Assembly (NCBI GenBank): GCA_963725055.1
Contig: CAVRXE010000005.1
Location: 2,973 to 66,972 of the forward strand
Origin: Candidatus Deferrimicrobiaceae bacterium
GTDB taxonomy: Bacteria > Desulfobacterota > Deferrimicrobia > Deferrimicrobiales > Deferrimicrobiaceae
Length of the DNA: 64,000 nucleotides
Direction: 5' to 3'
Under the pieces are notes generated by a model. The model made no database searches, was not told the origin of the DNA, and saw only the letters and a program-made list of their open reading frames with translations. The position numbers and the translations under genes are program-made. This document shows, piece by piece, positions 54,775 to 64,000 of this stretch; position 1 is the stretch's first letter, and each line of letters begins with the position of its first letter.

Positions 54775-55716
54775 TCAGTCGAAGTTCAGCTCTTTCCTGG
54801 CACGCCGCTCGAGCGGGAGGAGACTCGAATAGATCATGCCGTTCACCGGCGTCGCCACGCCCGCTTCCTTCCCGAGCCGGACGACCGTCCCGTTCTGGGC
54901 GTCCAGCTCCGACGGCCGTCCCGCCATGATGTCCCGCTGCATGGAGGCGGTGCCCTCGTAGGGGAGCGCATCGATGAACGCCATCGCCAGGGGGATCGCC
55001 TCCTGTTCCATGGCGACCTTTCGGGCGCGCGCCAGCAGGAAGATCTCCTCCATGGCGCGTTCGAGCAGGGCCCGCGTCTCCGGCAGGCTGCGGGTCACTC
55101 CGGCGGGCGCCCGGGTCACCGCGCCCACGCCGCTCCAGGGCGCGATGAAGATGTACTTGCTCCACATCGCGACGTGGATGTCTTCCGGCACCTCGACCTG
55201 CACGCCCTCCGCCCGCGAGAACGCAGTCCGCAGGCGTTCCCCCCGCGCGCTTGGACGATGATCCAGCTCGCCGAATTTGATCGTCGGATGCGCGCCGGCG
55301 TGGCGAACGTGGCCGGGACCCGCGATCATGCTGATCACGCTGCATGTCCCGCCGAGCACGCGTTCGGATCCGAAGGCATCCGCCAACCGATCGGGCGCTT
55401 CGACGCCGTTCAGCAGGGGAACGATCGATGTCGTCTTCCCCACCATGGGGCGCATCGTATCGATGGCGTCGCGTAACTGCCACGTCTTGACGGCGACCAG
55501 GATGTAGTCGACTTCGCCCACGGTGGCAGGATCGTCCGCCGCCCGGACCGGATCGATGCGAAAATCGCCGTTGATGCTGTCGACGCGGAGCCCGTTTCCC
55601 CGCATCGCCCGCAGATGCTCCCCGCGGGCGATGAAGACGACGTCCTCTCCCGCCTGCGCGAGCCGTCCGCCGAAATAGCCGCCCACTCCGCCCGCCCCGA
55701 CGATCGCCACCTTCAT
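54775..55716 (-). CDS. 2-dehydropantoate 2-reductase family (ApbA/PanE) oxidoreductase
   Basis: MKVAIVGAGGVGGYFGGRLA (Rossmann), ..ILVAVKTWQL.., ..LLNG.., and a C-terminal ApbA_C-like region (..SMQRDIMAGRPSELD..NG..). Confidence 0.8.
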   Translation of the reverse strand: MKVAIVGAGGVGGYFGGRLAQAGEDVVFIARGEHLRAMRGNGLRVDSINGDFRIDPVRAADDPATVGEVDYILVAVKTWQLRDAIDTMRPMVGKTTSIVPLLNGVEAPDRLADAFGSERVLGGTCSVISMIAGPGHVRHAGAHPTIKFGELDHRPSARGERLRTAFSRAEGVQVEVPEDIHVAMWSKYIFIAPWSGVGAVTRAPAGVTRSLPETRALLERAMEEIFLLARARKVAMEQEAIPLAMAFIDALPYEGTASMQRDIMAGRPSELDAQNGTVVRLGKEAGVATPVNGMIYSSLLPLERRARKELNFD

Positions 55717-55738
55717 GGATGTCCCTCCCCCCCGATCG

Positions 55739-57028
55739 TTATTTTTTATCGTACTCCCGGACGCGGCACCAGGTCTCCCGGGTGAAGGAGACCGCCGCCA
55801 CCGACAGGCAGGAGCTCAGGAACAGCCACAGGAATGCCGCCGAATAGGCGCGCGCATCGTAGATTCGCGCCCCGTTGACCAGCAGGCCCCCCCAATGCCC
55901 GTCGAGGATGCTCCCGAGCGCCGGTTGCAGGATCGCCGCCAGGCCCAGGGGTCCCATGTTGACCACTCCGGCCACGGCCCCCGCCGCCCCGGGATGGTTG
56001 GCCTCCCGGGAGTGGGCGTAGCCGATGATCAGGCCCCCGGAGGTGAACCCGATGGCGGCGAACAGGGGATACAACAGGATCCGGGGGATGTCCCCCCGGA
56101 AAAGAAAGATCCCCCACAGCGTCGCGCTCGCGGCGTTCGCCATCAAATAGGGAAGCTTTCGCCGCCCGAGGCGGTCGGACAGCGCCCCGAGGGTGGGGCT
56201 CCCGATGGCCCAGGCGATCAACATGGTCGAGGTCATCGCGGCCGCGGGACTGCGGTCTAGCCCGTACACCTGGGTCAGGTAGGGAACGCCCCATAAACCG
56301 GCGAACACCAGGACCGGAGCGGCCGACAGGCCGGCGGCGGCCAGCAGCAGCCAGGTTTCCCGCCGGGCCGATACGGCGCGCAGCGCGCGCAAGGGGGGCA
56401 GGCTGCCGCTCTCGACCACCGAGGCGTGGACGAAGCTTGTGAAACCGCGCTCTCCCGGGTCGTCCCGCACAACCACCCAGACCGCCGCGGCCAGGGCGAA
56501 CGTGCACGCGGCGCTCGCCACCATCGCGGTCCGCCAGCCGAAGAGGCTTACGGCCTCCGAGAGCGGCACGCCGGCGAGCACGCCGCCGATATTTCCCAGG
56601 AGCAGGGCAAGGCCCGTCACCGTGGCGAACCGGTTGGCCGGGAACCAGTGCCCGGCGAGCTTCATGCAGGTGACGAACGCGACGCCGACCGCCGCTCCGA
56701 CCAGCAGACGGCCCGCGTAGGCCATCCACAGGTGGTCCGCGAGCCCGAACATCAGCGTGCCGACCGCGGCCAGGAATGCCGCCACGGCGCTCAGGCGCCT
56801 CGGGCCGATCCCGTCCGCCAGAAGGCCGCTGGGGATCTGCATCACCGTGTAGGAATAGAAGTAGGTGGCGGACAGATTCCCGAGAAGGGCCCCGCCGATG
56901 TCGAATTCGCGCATCAGCTCGTCCACCATCACGGCCGGGGCGACGCGCTGGAAGAACCCGATCAGGTAGAAGCCGGCCACCAATCCCCACATCAGCCAGG
57001 CCATCCAGACGGGTGCGTTACGGGACAT
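55739..57028 (-). CDS. MFS transporter
   Basis: 429 aa with 12 helices and ..YSYTVMQIPSGLLADGIGPRRL.. (MFS loop 2-3 motif). Confidence 0.85.
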   Translation of the reverse strand: MSRNAPVWMAWLMWGLVAGFYLIGFFQRVAPAVMVDELMREFDIGGALLGNLSATYFYSYTVMQIPSGLLADGIGPRRLSAVAAFLAAVGTLMFGLADHLWMAYAGRLLVGAAVGVAFVTCMKLAGHWFPANRFATVTGLALLLGNIGGVLAGVPLSEAVSLFGWRTAMVASAACTFALAAAVWVVVRDDPGERGFTSFVHASVVESGSLPPLRALRAVSARRETWLLLAAAGLSAAPVLVFAGLWGVPYLTQVYGLDRSPAAAMTSTMLIAWAIGSPTLGALSDRLGRRKLPYLMANAASATLWGIFLFRGDIPRILLYPLFAAIGFTSGGLIIGYAHSREANHPGAAGAVAGVVNMGPLGLAAILQPALGSILDGHWGGLLVNGARIYDARAYSAAFLWLFLSSCLSVAAVSFTRETWCRVREYDKK

Positions 57029-57171
57029 GGAACGGAAACTTTACCGGATCCTGTCGGTCACATCAAGGAGTTCCCTTTCCCTTTTCCGTTCCCCGGGAAT
57101 TTGTATAGACTGTTGGGCGTCGGGAGGCTTCGGTCGGCCCGGCCCGGCCGACGGAAATCACCACGGAAGGA

Positions 57172-60041
57172 ATGCGTGCGATGCCCCTGCGCTTGAGGAA
57201 AGAGGATTTTCTTGCTCTCCCGGAGGCATACCGGGTTTTCCACGCAGGCATCTCTCCCCCCATCCCCTCCTCCAGGATCTTCTGCGACCCCTTCCGGACG
57301 CTCGCTTTCGGCACGGACGCCAGTTTCTACCGCCTCGTCCCGAAAATCGTCGTCAAGGTGAACACCCCGGAGGAGGTCGCGCATCTTCTGCGGACCGCGG
57401 CGCCCTTGAACATTCCCGTCACGTTTCGCGCCGCCGGCACGAGCCTGTCGGGCCAGGCCGTGACGGATTCCGTCCTGGTGGTGCTGGCCGGAGGGTGGCG
57501 GGACTGCGTTCTCCATGCCAACGGGGAGAAGATCTCGCTGGGGCCGGGGGTCATCGGGGCCGAGGCCAACGCCCGCCTCGCGCCGTACCGGCGGAAGATC
57601 GGCCCGGACCCCGCGTCGATCAACCATTGCATGATCGGGGGGATCGCCGCCAACAACGCGAGCGGCATGTGCTGCGGAACGGCGCAGAACAGCTACCGGA
57701 CCGTCGAGAGCATGAAGATCATCTTCCACGATGGAACGGTACTGAACACCGCCGACCCGGAGTCGCGCCGCTCCTTCCTGACGTCCCACGCGGAGATGGT
57801 CCGGGGGATCGAAGAGATCCGGGACGAGATCGCCGGAGACGGCGTTCTCCGGCAGCGGATCCGGGACAAGTTCCGCATCAAGAACACCACGGGGTACAGC
57901 ATCAACGCCTTCGTGGATTACACAGACCCCGTCGACATCCTTCTCCACCTGATGATCGGTTCCGAAGGGACCCTGGGGTTCATCGCGGAAGTCACGTACC
58001 GGACCGTGGAGGAGCAGGCGTTCAAGGCATCCGCCCTGATCCTGTTCCCGGACATCTGGAACGCGTGCAGGGCGACGATCAAGCTCAAGACCGGCCCGGT
58101 GTCCGCCGTCGAGCTGATGGACCGCGCTTCCCTGCGGTCCGTCGAGGACCAGAAAGGGATGCCGGCCTACCTGAAAGGCCTGGGGGAATCCGTGACGGGG
58201 CTCCTGGTGGAGACGCGGTCCAACGATGCGGAGTCGCTGGCGAGGCAGGTGGAGGAGCTCCTGGGACTCCTTTCCGATGTCCCGACCGTCTTTCCTGCCG
58301 CCTTCACGGACCGGAAGGCGGAGTACGAGAAGCTCTGGGACGTCCGGAAGGGGCTTTTTCCCGCCGTCGGGGCGGCACGGCAGATCGGAACCACGGTGGT
58401 CATCGAGGACGTGGTGTTTCCCATCGAGACGCTCGCGGACGCGACCGTGGAGCTCGAGGGGCTGATGAAGAAGCACGGATACGACGACGGGATCATTTTC
58501 GGCCACGCCCTGGAGGGGAACCTCCACTTCGTCTTCACCCAGGATTTCAGCGACCCCGGGGAGGTGGCGCGCTACCAGCGGTTGATGGAAGACGTGTGCG
58601 ACATGACGGTGAAGAAGTACGACGGGTCCCTCAAGGGGGAGCACGGCACGGGCCGGAACATGGCCCCGTTCGTGGAGATGGAGTGGGGGGAGAAGGCGTA
58701 TGCGTTGATGAAGCGGATCAAGCGGGCATTCGACCCGAAACGCCTCCTCAGCCCCGGCGTGATCATCAACGACAACCCAAGGATATACCTGGAAGACCTG
58801 AAGCCCCTGCCGAAGGTGCACGAGATCATCGACAAATGCATCGAGTGCGGGTTCTGCGAGATCATGTGTCCGTCCAGGGACCTCACGACGACGCCGCGGC
58901 AGCGCATCGTCATCCGGCGGGAGATCTCCCGGCTGGGGGCTGTCGGAGGCGACGGGCAGGCGCTTCGCCGCCTCGAATCCGATTATTGCTACCTGGGCGA
59001 GCAGACGTGCGCGACGGACGGATTGTGCGCCACGACCTGCCCCGTGTCGATCAACACGGGGGAACACACGAAGGAGCTTCGGTCCCTGCAAAAAGGACGC
59101 TTCGGCCGGTCCGCAGCCCGGTGGACCGCCGGCCACTACGCAACGGTCACCGCCGGGGTCCGGGGGGGCTTGCCGCGTTGGGAGCGGCAAGGATGGTGCT
59201 CGGGGACCGCGCCCTGGGCTCCGCGGCGCGGGGGCTCAGGGCCCTTTCGGGAGACCGGCTTCCCCTTTGGAATGCCCGCATGCCGGGCGCGGCCCCGGCG
59301 CAGACGTTCCGGCGCACGTCCACCGGCTCCGCCCGCAAGGTGGTCTATTTCCCCAGTTGCATCGTGCGGACGATGGGGCCTTCCCCCGGGGACCCGGACC
59401 AGCGCGCCCTCTTCGAGGCCATCCGCTCCCTGCTCGAGAAGGCCGGGTACGAGATCCTGTATCCTCCCGACATGTCCCGCCTGTGCTGCGGCATGCCGTT
59501 CGGGAGCAAGGGGTTCTTCGAGGAAGCCGAGCGGAAGCGCGGGGAGCTCGAAGCGGCCCTTCTGGCATGCAGCCGGGACGGGGAATACCCGGTGCTCTTC
59601 GATACGAGCCCGTGCCTCTACACGGTGAAGCAGAAATCGGACCCGCGCCTGCGGCTCTACGAGCCGGTCGAGTTCATCCATACCTTCCTCATGGACGCCC
59701 TGGAGTTCACGAAAATCCCGGAGACGATCGCCGTGCACGTCACGTGCAGCTCGATCAAGCTGGGTCTCCGGGAGAAGTTCCTCGCGGTGGCGGGCGCGTG
59801 CGCGGAAACGGTGGTGGTCCCCGATCGCGCGGGGTGCTGCGGCGTGGCGGGCGACCGGATCTTCCTCTTCCCGGAGCTCAACGAATCGGCGCTTTCAGCG
59901 CTCCGCGACGGCTTGCCGGCCGGATGCCGATCAGGAGTTTCGAACAGCCGCACCTGCGAGATCGGGCTCTCCCTCCAAAGCGGCCTGCCGTACCAGTCCA
60001 TCGCCTACCTGGTCGACCGATGCACGGCGCGGAAGGTGTAG
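57172..60041 (+). CDS. FAD-binding / 4Fe-4S / CCG-domain dehydrogenase (D-lactate or glycolate dehydrogenase fusion type), one frame break as sequenced
   Basis: FAD PCMH domain (..FRAAGTSLSGQA.., ..IGGIAANNASG..), ..GEHGTGRNMAPF.., ferredoxin motifs CIECGFCEIMCP and CATDGLCATTCP, and CCG domains (..YFPSCIVR.., ..LCCGMPFG.., ..GCCGVAGD..). The frame changes in the G7 run at 59162-59168. Confidence 0.85.
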
Positions 60042-60144
60042 CGGTCAATGATGGTAGACTATCGATCACACGGCGAATAAAATTCGTGAAAAACTCACCA
60101 TTGGCGGGAGCCGTTTCCCCGACGCCCCGGCCGAGGAGGTACCC

Positions 60145-62205
60145 ATGAAAGGGGTGACATTCATCCGCCCGAGCCTGGCCAAGGAATTCACCGGAGACAT
60201 CCTCACATCCGATACGTTGACCCGGTTTGCCGAGCTCATCCACACCAAGGTGGCGGATGGGCGCACCCTGGAGGAAGTCCGCCGGTCCCTCATCGAGGCC
60301 CGGCCGGCGAAGCAGGCCCGGCTGGATGCCGGCGAACCGCTCAACTTCCTTCCGGCGGACGAGGTGATCACCTTCCTCGACGGGACCACGATGACGGCCA
60401 GGCAGATCCGCGAGGCCGACTGGAAGGTCGACGGGCAGCCGCCGAAGCTCAACGGGCGGCACGTCCAGCTCACCGGCCCGTGCTCGGATCCCGGCATGGC
60501 GATCGGCGCCATGAACACGGGGCAGCAGTGGATGGCGGACAGCGAGGACGCCGCCGCGCAGTCCACCGACAGCCCGTTACGGACACAGCGCTCCCTCAAG
60601 CTTCTCTGCACCTGGACGCCCGAGGGGAAGCGCGCCCTCGACGGGATGGGCGGAAAGCACCTGAAGCCCGAAAACGAGGTGGCGATGATGATCTATCGTC
60701 CCCGGGGCCTGCACCTTGACGACCGGCATCTCCTGGTGGATGGACAAGCCATTTCCGGAGCATTCGTGGACGCCTGGCTGTTCCTCAGGCACAACGCGAA
60801 GGCGCTGATGGACCGCGGCCTGCCGGTCGCCTTCTATCTCCCCAAGCTCGAATGCGCGCAGGAGGCCGACCTCTGGCACACCTTCCTGTACGAGACGGAG
60901 AAGGCGCTGGATCTTCCGCCCGGGACGGTCAAGATCTACCAACTTGTGGAGATCATCAACGCCACGTATCAGCTCGAGGAGATGATGTACGCCTTCACCC
61001 GGCCGATCCGTGACGCACGGACCGGGAAGGCCGTCCCCGCCTCCCGCTTCATCGGGCCGAACGTCGGTCGCTGGGATTACCTCGCCAGCATGTACCGGGC
61101 CACCCGGGCCGACCTTGCTGGCATTCCCCCCGACACGAACCTCGTGACGCTGGACGGGGCCAGGTTCCTCGCGGTGTACGAACAGTACGTCTCGGACATG
61201 GCGCGCAGGCGAGGCGCCGTTCCCTGGGGCGGAATGTCGGCCAACATATTGCTCCGGGCCACCCTGCGCCCGGGGGACTTCGAAAAAATCGCGGGAAAGG
61301 AGGGTGCGCCGGCCTTGTTGAGCGCCCTTCAGGCCGCGGGGTACCTGGATTCCAAGGGGAACGTCACCGGGAAATTCCAGGAGGGGGCGGACGCCCTGCC
61401 CGGCCTGCCGGCACTCTACGAGCCGCAACGAAAGCAGATCGCCGGGATCCTGGAGGCATTCGTCGCGCGGGCCTACAACAACAAGGTAGCCCTCGAGAAG
61501 GCGAGCGACGACAAGGCCCGGGAATCGGGGTTGCGGCTGGCGAAAGACGGCGGGCGCCGTTGCTACTACGGAGCCTGGGTGGCGACGCCGGACATGGTCG
61601 CCGTCATCCAGCCGGTCTTCGAGAAGGCCGCCAGGGAGGGCCTCCTGGCCGCTCTTGACACCGCTCCGGCGCGGTCCGACTGGTACGGGGAGGAGCTTGC
61701 GGCCGGACTCCGGGCGTTCCCGCAGGGACTGTTGACCGAGGGCGGGATGCGGGAGGACATCACGATCGCCCTCCAGTACATGGCCTCCTACCTCCAGGGA
61801 AGCGCCGCTGCGGCCGTGACGAGTCCGCAACTCAAGCTGCAGCTGATGGAGGATCTGGCCACGGCGGAGATCCGCCGGGCCGCCCTATGGAAGCGGATGC
61901 ACGCCGGGGCCGTCCTCCAGGGAGAGGGGCCGTTGGCCGGGAAGCGGCTTACCGGGGAGGTGTTCCTGCGGCTCCTGGACGAGGAGGCGGGAAAGCTCAA
62001 GGGCGCGTCGGTCGGCACGGCCAGGGAGATCTTGAGGTTGACGACCACCGCGAAGAAGCTGATCCCCTGGATCTCCGATCCCCTGAACGTCGTGCTGGAT
62101 GAAGAACGTCCGGAGGTGATCGCCGGCGCCCTCAAGGCGTACTTCGACACGTATGACGCGACCGGAAAGCGGCTTACCAGGGTGGCGGGAGCGGAGCGCC
62201 TGTAG
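60145..62205 (+). CDS. Malate synthase family protein, unusually long (686 aa)
   Basis: Malate synthase A-type landmarks in order: ..IYRPRGLHLDDRH.., ..VAFYLPKLECAQEADLW.., ..IYQLVEIINATYQLEEM.., ..VGRWDYLAS.., ..WGGMSA.., ..DDKARE..GAWVATPD.., ..MEDLATAEIRRAALWKRM... Extra segments lie between them. Confidence 0.75.
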   Translation: MKGVTFIRPSLAKEFTGDILTSDTLTRFAELIHTKVADGRTLEEVRRSLIEARPAKQARLDAGEPLNFLPADEVITFLDGTTMTARQIREADWKVDGQPPKLNGRHVQLTGPCSDPGMAIGAMNTGQQWMADSEDAAAQSTDSPLRTQRSLKLLCTWTPEGKRALDGMGGKHLKPENEVAMMIYRPRGLHLDDRHLLVDGQAISGAFVDAWLFLRHNAKALMDRGLPVAFYLPKLECAQEADLWHTFLYETEKALDLPPGTVKIYQLVEIINATYQLEEMMYAFTRPIRDARTGKAVPASRFIGPNVGRWDYLASMYRATRADLAGIPPDTNLVTLDGARFLAVYEQYVSDMARRRGAVPWGGMSANILLRATLRPGDFEKIAGKEGAPALLSALQAAGYLDSKGNVTGKFQEGADALPGLPALYEPQRKQIAGILEAFVARAYNNKVALEKASDDKARESGLRLAKDGGRRCYYGAWVATPDMVAVIQPVFEKAAREGLLAALDTAPARSDWYGEELAAGLRAFPQGLLTEGGMREDITIALQYMASYLQGSAAAAVTSPQLKLQLMEDLATAEIRRAALWKRMHAGAVLQGEGPLAGKRLTGEVFLRLLDEEAGKLKGASVGTAREILRLTTTAKKLIPWISDPLNVVLDEERPEVIAGALKAYFDTYDATGKRLTRVAGAERL

Positions 62206-62211
62206 CGTTCC

Positions 62212-62970
62212 TTATCCCCGCCCGACAAAGGGCATCTTCGTGGCCATGACGGTCAGGAACTGCACGTTCGCATCCAGGGGAAGGCTGGCCATGTACACCA
62301 CGGCCTGCGCCACGTGCTCGAGCTTCATGGTCGGCTCCGCGGAGAGCGTCCCGTCGGCTTGCGCCACTCCGTCTTTCATCCGTTTCGTCAAGTCGGTCTC
62401 CGCGTTGCCGATGTCGATCTGGCCACAGGCGATATCGTACTTGCGGCCGTCGAGCGCGGTGGATTTCGTGAGACCGGTGATGGCGTGCTTGGTGGCCGTA
62501 TAGGGGGCGGAGTTCGGCCTGGGGGCGTGGGCCGACAAGGAACCGTTGTTGATGATCCGCCCGCCCATCGGGCGCTGGCTCTTCATGATCCGAAACGCTT
62601 CCTGCGTGCACAAAAATACGCCGGTGAGATTGACGTCCACCACGGTTTTCCACTGTTCGAGGGACAGGTCTTCCAAATGGACCGGCGGCGCGCCCGTCCC
62701 CGCATTGTTGAACAGCAGGTCGAGCCTCCCGAACGCTTCCATCGTCTTGTCGAACAGAGCGTGAACGGATGCGGGATCCGACACATCGGCGGGCACAGCC
62801 AACGCTCGCGCGCCGGCCGCACCTGCCTGATCCATCGTCTCTTGTAATCGCTCCATCCGCCGCCCGGCCAGGGAAACGGCGTATCCCTCCCGCAGAAGGG
62901 CAAGCGCGGTCTGCCTCCCAATTCCCGATCCGGCGCCGGTTACGATCGCCACTTTTACCGGGTTCTTCAC
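62212..62970 (-). CDS. Short-chain dehydrogenase/reductase (SDR)
   Basis: Cofactor motif [10 protein letters not shown], ..NNAG.., and catalytic S..YTATK. GTG start in a GTGA overlap with an upstream-frame stop. Confidence 0.9.
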   Translation of the reverse strand: MKNPVKVAIVTGAGSGIGRQTALALLREGYAVSLAGRRMERLQETMDQAGAAGARALAVPADVSDPASVHALFDKTMEAFGRLDLLFNNAGTGAPPVHLEDLSLEQWKTVVDVNLTGVFLCTQEAFRIMKSQRPMGGRIINNGSLSAHAPRPNSAPYTATKHAITGLTKSTALDGRKYDIACGQIDIGNAETDLTKRMKDGVAQADGTLSAEPTMKLEHVAQAVVYMASLPLDANVQFLTVMATKMPFVGRG

Positions 62971-63367
62971 GCGAAATCTTGACAGGTTCGTGCCATCCGG
63001 TCCGCGATGACTCCTCCAACCGGGTCAGTACGCTTCCCAACCGGGAGACGTAGATGTGGGAGAACTCCGAGTCCCGGGTTGCGCCGTGCCAATGTTTTTC
63101 TCCCGGAGAGATGAGGACGATGTCCCCTTCGGTCACGACACGCTCTTCCTTCTCCGTGGCAACGATCCCCTTCCCGGAAGTGACGATCAGGACCTGTTCG
63201 CTGTCGTGGGAATGAAACTTGTTCCGCACTCCCTTGCCGAAGTTCACCACATTCACGCTGAACTCTTTGCTGTCGGGCACCAGGATCTGTCTCGTCACTT
63301 CCGGTCCCGTGAAGATCGGATTGGGAAATAGTTCCTTGGATACGCCTTGCATGGAAACGATTTTCAT
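62969..63367 (-). CDS. Cupin-domain protein; 3' end uncertain
   Basis: [25 protein letters not shown].. and cupin motifs ..[20 protein letters not shown].. and ..[16 protein letters not shown]... The open frame has no stop before 62174. A different frame ends in a TGA overlapping the SDR GTG (62969-62971), which suggests a 1-nt error near 62975-63050. Confidence 0.65.
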
Positions 63368-63411
63368 CTCTTTCTCCGGTGGTCGGCCGTCGTCGATCGG
63401 TTCGTCCGCCG

Positions 63412-63810
63412 CTATGATACGAATTTCCTGCACTTTTCGATATTGACGACGTGCACTTCCCGCATGTCGGCGAAGAACGCCTTCTCCCCGGCGTTCGTCT
63501 CCCCGGGGGGGAGCTCGTCGATCTTGCGGACGACCCACGCCTGCCCCTTGATGAGGAGCGCGACCCGCTCGCCCTCCGTCGGCAGGGCGATCACCTTGTC
63601 CGCGAACGCGCCGACGTTCGCCGTGGGGACCGCTCCGCGGGCCTGGAGGAACCCGAACAGGCCGGCGCAGAACTTCCCCTCGTCGTTCCGGAAGAGGGTG
63701 AACAGCTCCTTCTTCCCCATGTCCGACGCGTGGTCCGCCATCACGTCGAGGCACTTCACCCCCGCCCGCTCCGCTTCCAGCAGTTCCTGCATCCGGTCGA
63801 CCAGTGTCAT
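63412..63810 (-). CDS. Hypothetical protein (helical; ..LLEAERAGVKCL.. motif)
   Basis: Strong RBS AAGGAGGGAAAA before ATG 63810. 132 aa (MTLVDRMQELLEAERAGVKCLDVMADH..). I do not recognise the family with confidence. Confidence 0.5.
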   Translation of the reverse strand: MTLVDRMQELLEAERAGVKCLDVMADHASDMGKKELFTLFRNDEGKFCAGLFGFLQARGAVPTANVGAFADKVIALPTEGERVALLIKGQAWVVRKIDELPPGETNAGEKAFFADMREVHVVNIEKCRKFVS

Positions 63811-64000
63811 TTTTCCCTCCTTGAATGCTTCCTGTAATAAATACGGCAACGTATCGAAAAGGCAGCACGGAAGACGCACGCCCCACTCCCGTACGAGATA
63901 CGCTCCCTGGGGTACCCCCGCAGTAGGAAAAACGGGGGGCACAACTGGAGGGTTCGGCGGAGTCGCCGTAGGAGGGGGGGCGCAGTGAGGTAAAGCGCAG

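Noticed and set aside
8800-59170. Programmed ribosomal frameshifting, or genuine pseudogenisation, as the explanation for the many frame breaks.
   Set aside because: The breaks are too numerous and occur in unrelated gene families. Many sit in plain homopolymers without slippery-heptamer plus structure architecture. Several are compensating pairs a few hundred bases (or fewer) apart. Sequencing or assembly indels are the simpler explanation, but only read-level data can prove it.
1-64000. Mobile elements, integrases, toxin-antitoxin pairs, restriction-modification genes or other defence genes.
   Set aside because: Scanning all frames, I found no transposase, integrase or recombinase motifs, no inverted terminal repeats, and no typical defence-gene signatures. 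The lower-GC patches (about 11930-12126, 25556-25789, 44540-45265, 49141-49492, 50453-50896) look like regulatory spacers or small decayed regions, not insertions with recognisable cargo.

Overview
High-GC (about two-thirds G+C by eye) bacterial chromosomal window. Gene content resembles an anaerobic, metal-respiring Deltaproteobacteria-like lineage (Desulfuromonadota/Geobacter-like), but no taxon can be assigned from the sequence alone. I saw no rRNA, CRISPR, transposase, integrase or phage genes. Left to right: (1) late quinone-biosynthesis genes of UbiD, UbiA and UbiX type. (2) A CheY-GAF-GGDEF signalling trio. (3) A def-fmt-rsmB-rpe housekeeping block. (4) tRNA-Pro(CGG). (5) A MASE3-PAS histidine kinase, a sigma54 (NtrC-type) activator and a CheY. 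(6) An ~11-kb type II secretion cluster (gspE F H I J K L M, a C-like gene, D) with no gspG or gspO. (7) A minus-strand thiol-redox/cytochrome-maturation trio: TlpA-like, CcdA, and a DsbC-like protein carrying a CxxCH. (8) A beta-barrel, a 5-haem cytochrome and a ~12-haem lipoprotein cytochrome, arranged like a Geobacter porin-cytochrome conduit. This is my best candidate for an undescribed system. (9) An alternative complex III cluster (actA B C D F) with an extra cytochrome c and unknown membrane proteins. (10) MFS, ClC and CPA2 transporters. (11) A peroxiredoxin whose peroxidatic Cys codon is an in-frame TGA followed by a SECIS-like hairpin, so probably a selenoprotein. (12) A glycolate/glyoxylate-type island: 2-hydroxyacid dehydrogenase, TRAP transporter, FAD/FeS dehydrogenase and a long malate-synthase-like protein. 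Main caveat: in at least 20 places a conserved protein clearly continues in another reading frame. Often the break sits at a homopolymer, which is the signature of uncorrected 1-nt indels. For those genes I give the coordinates of the reconstructed gene, not of the broken ORF pieces.
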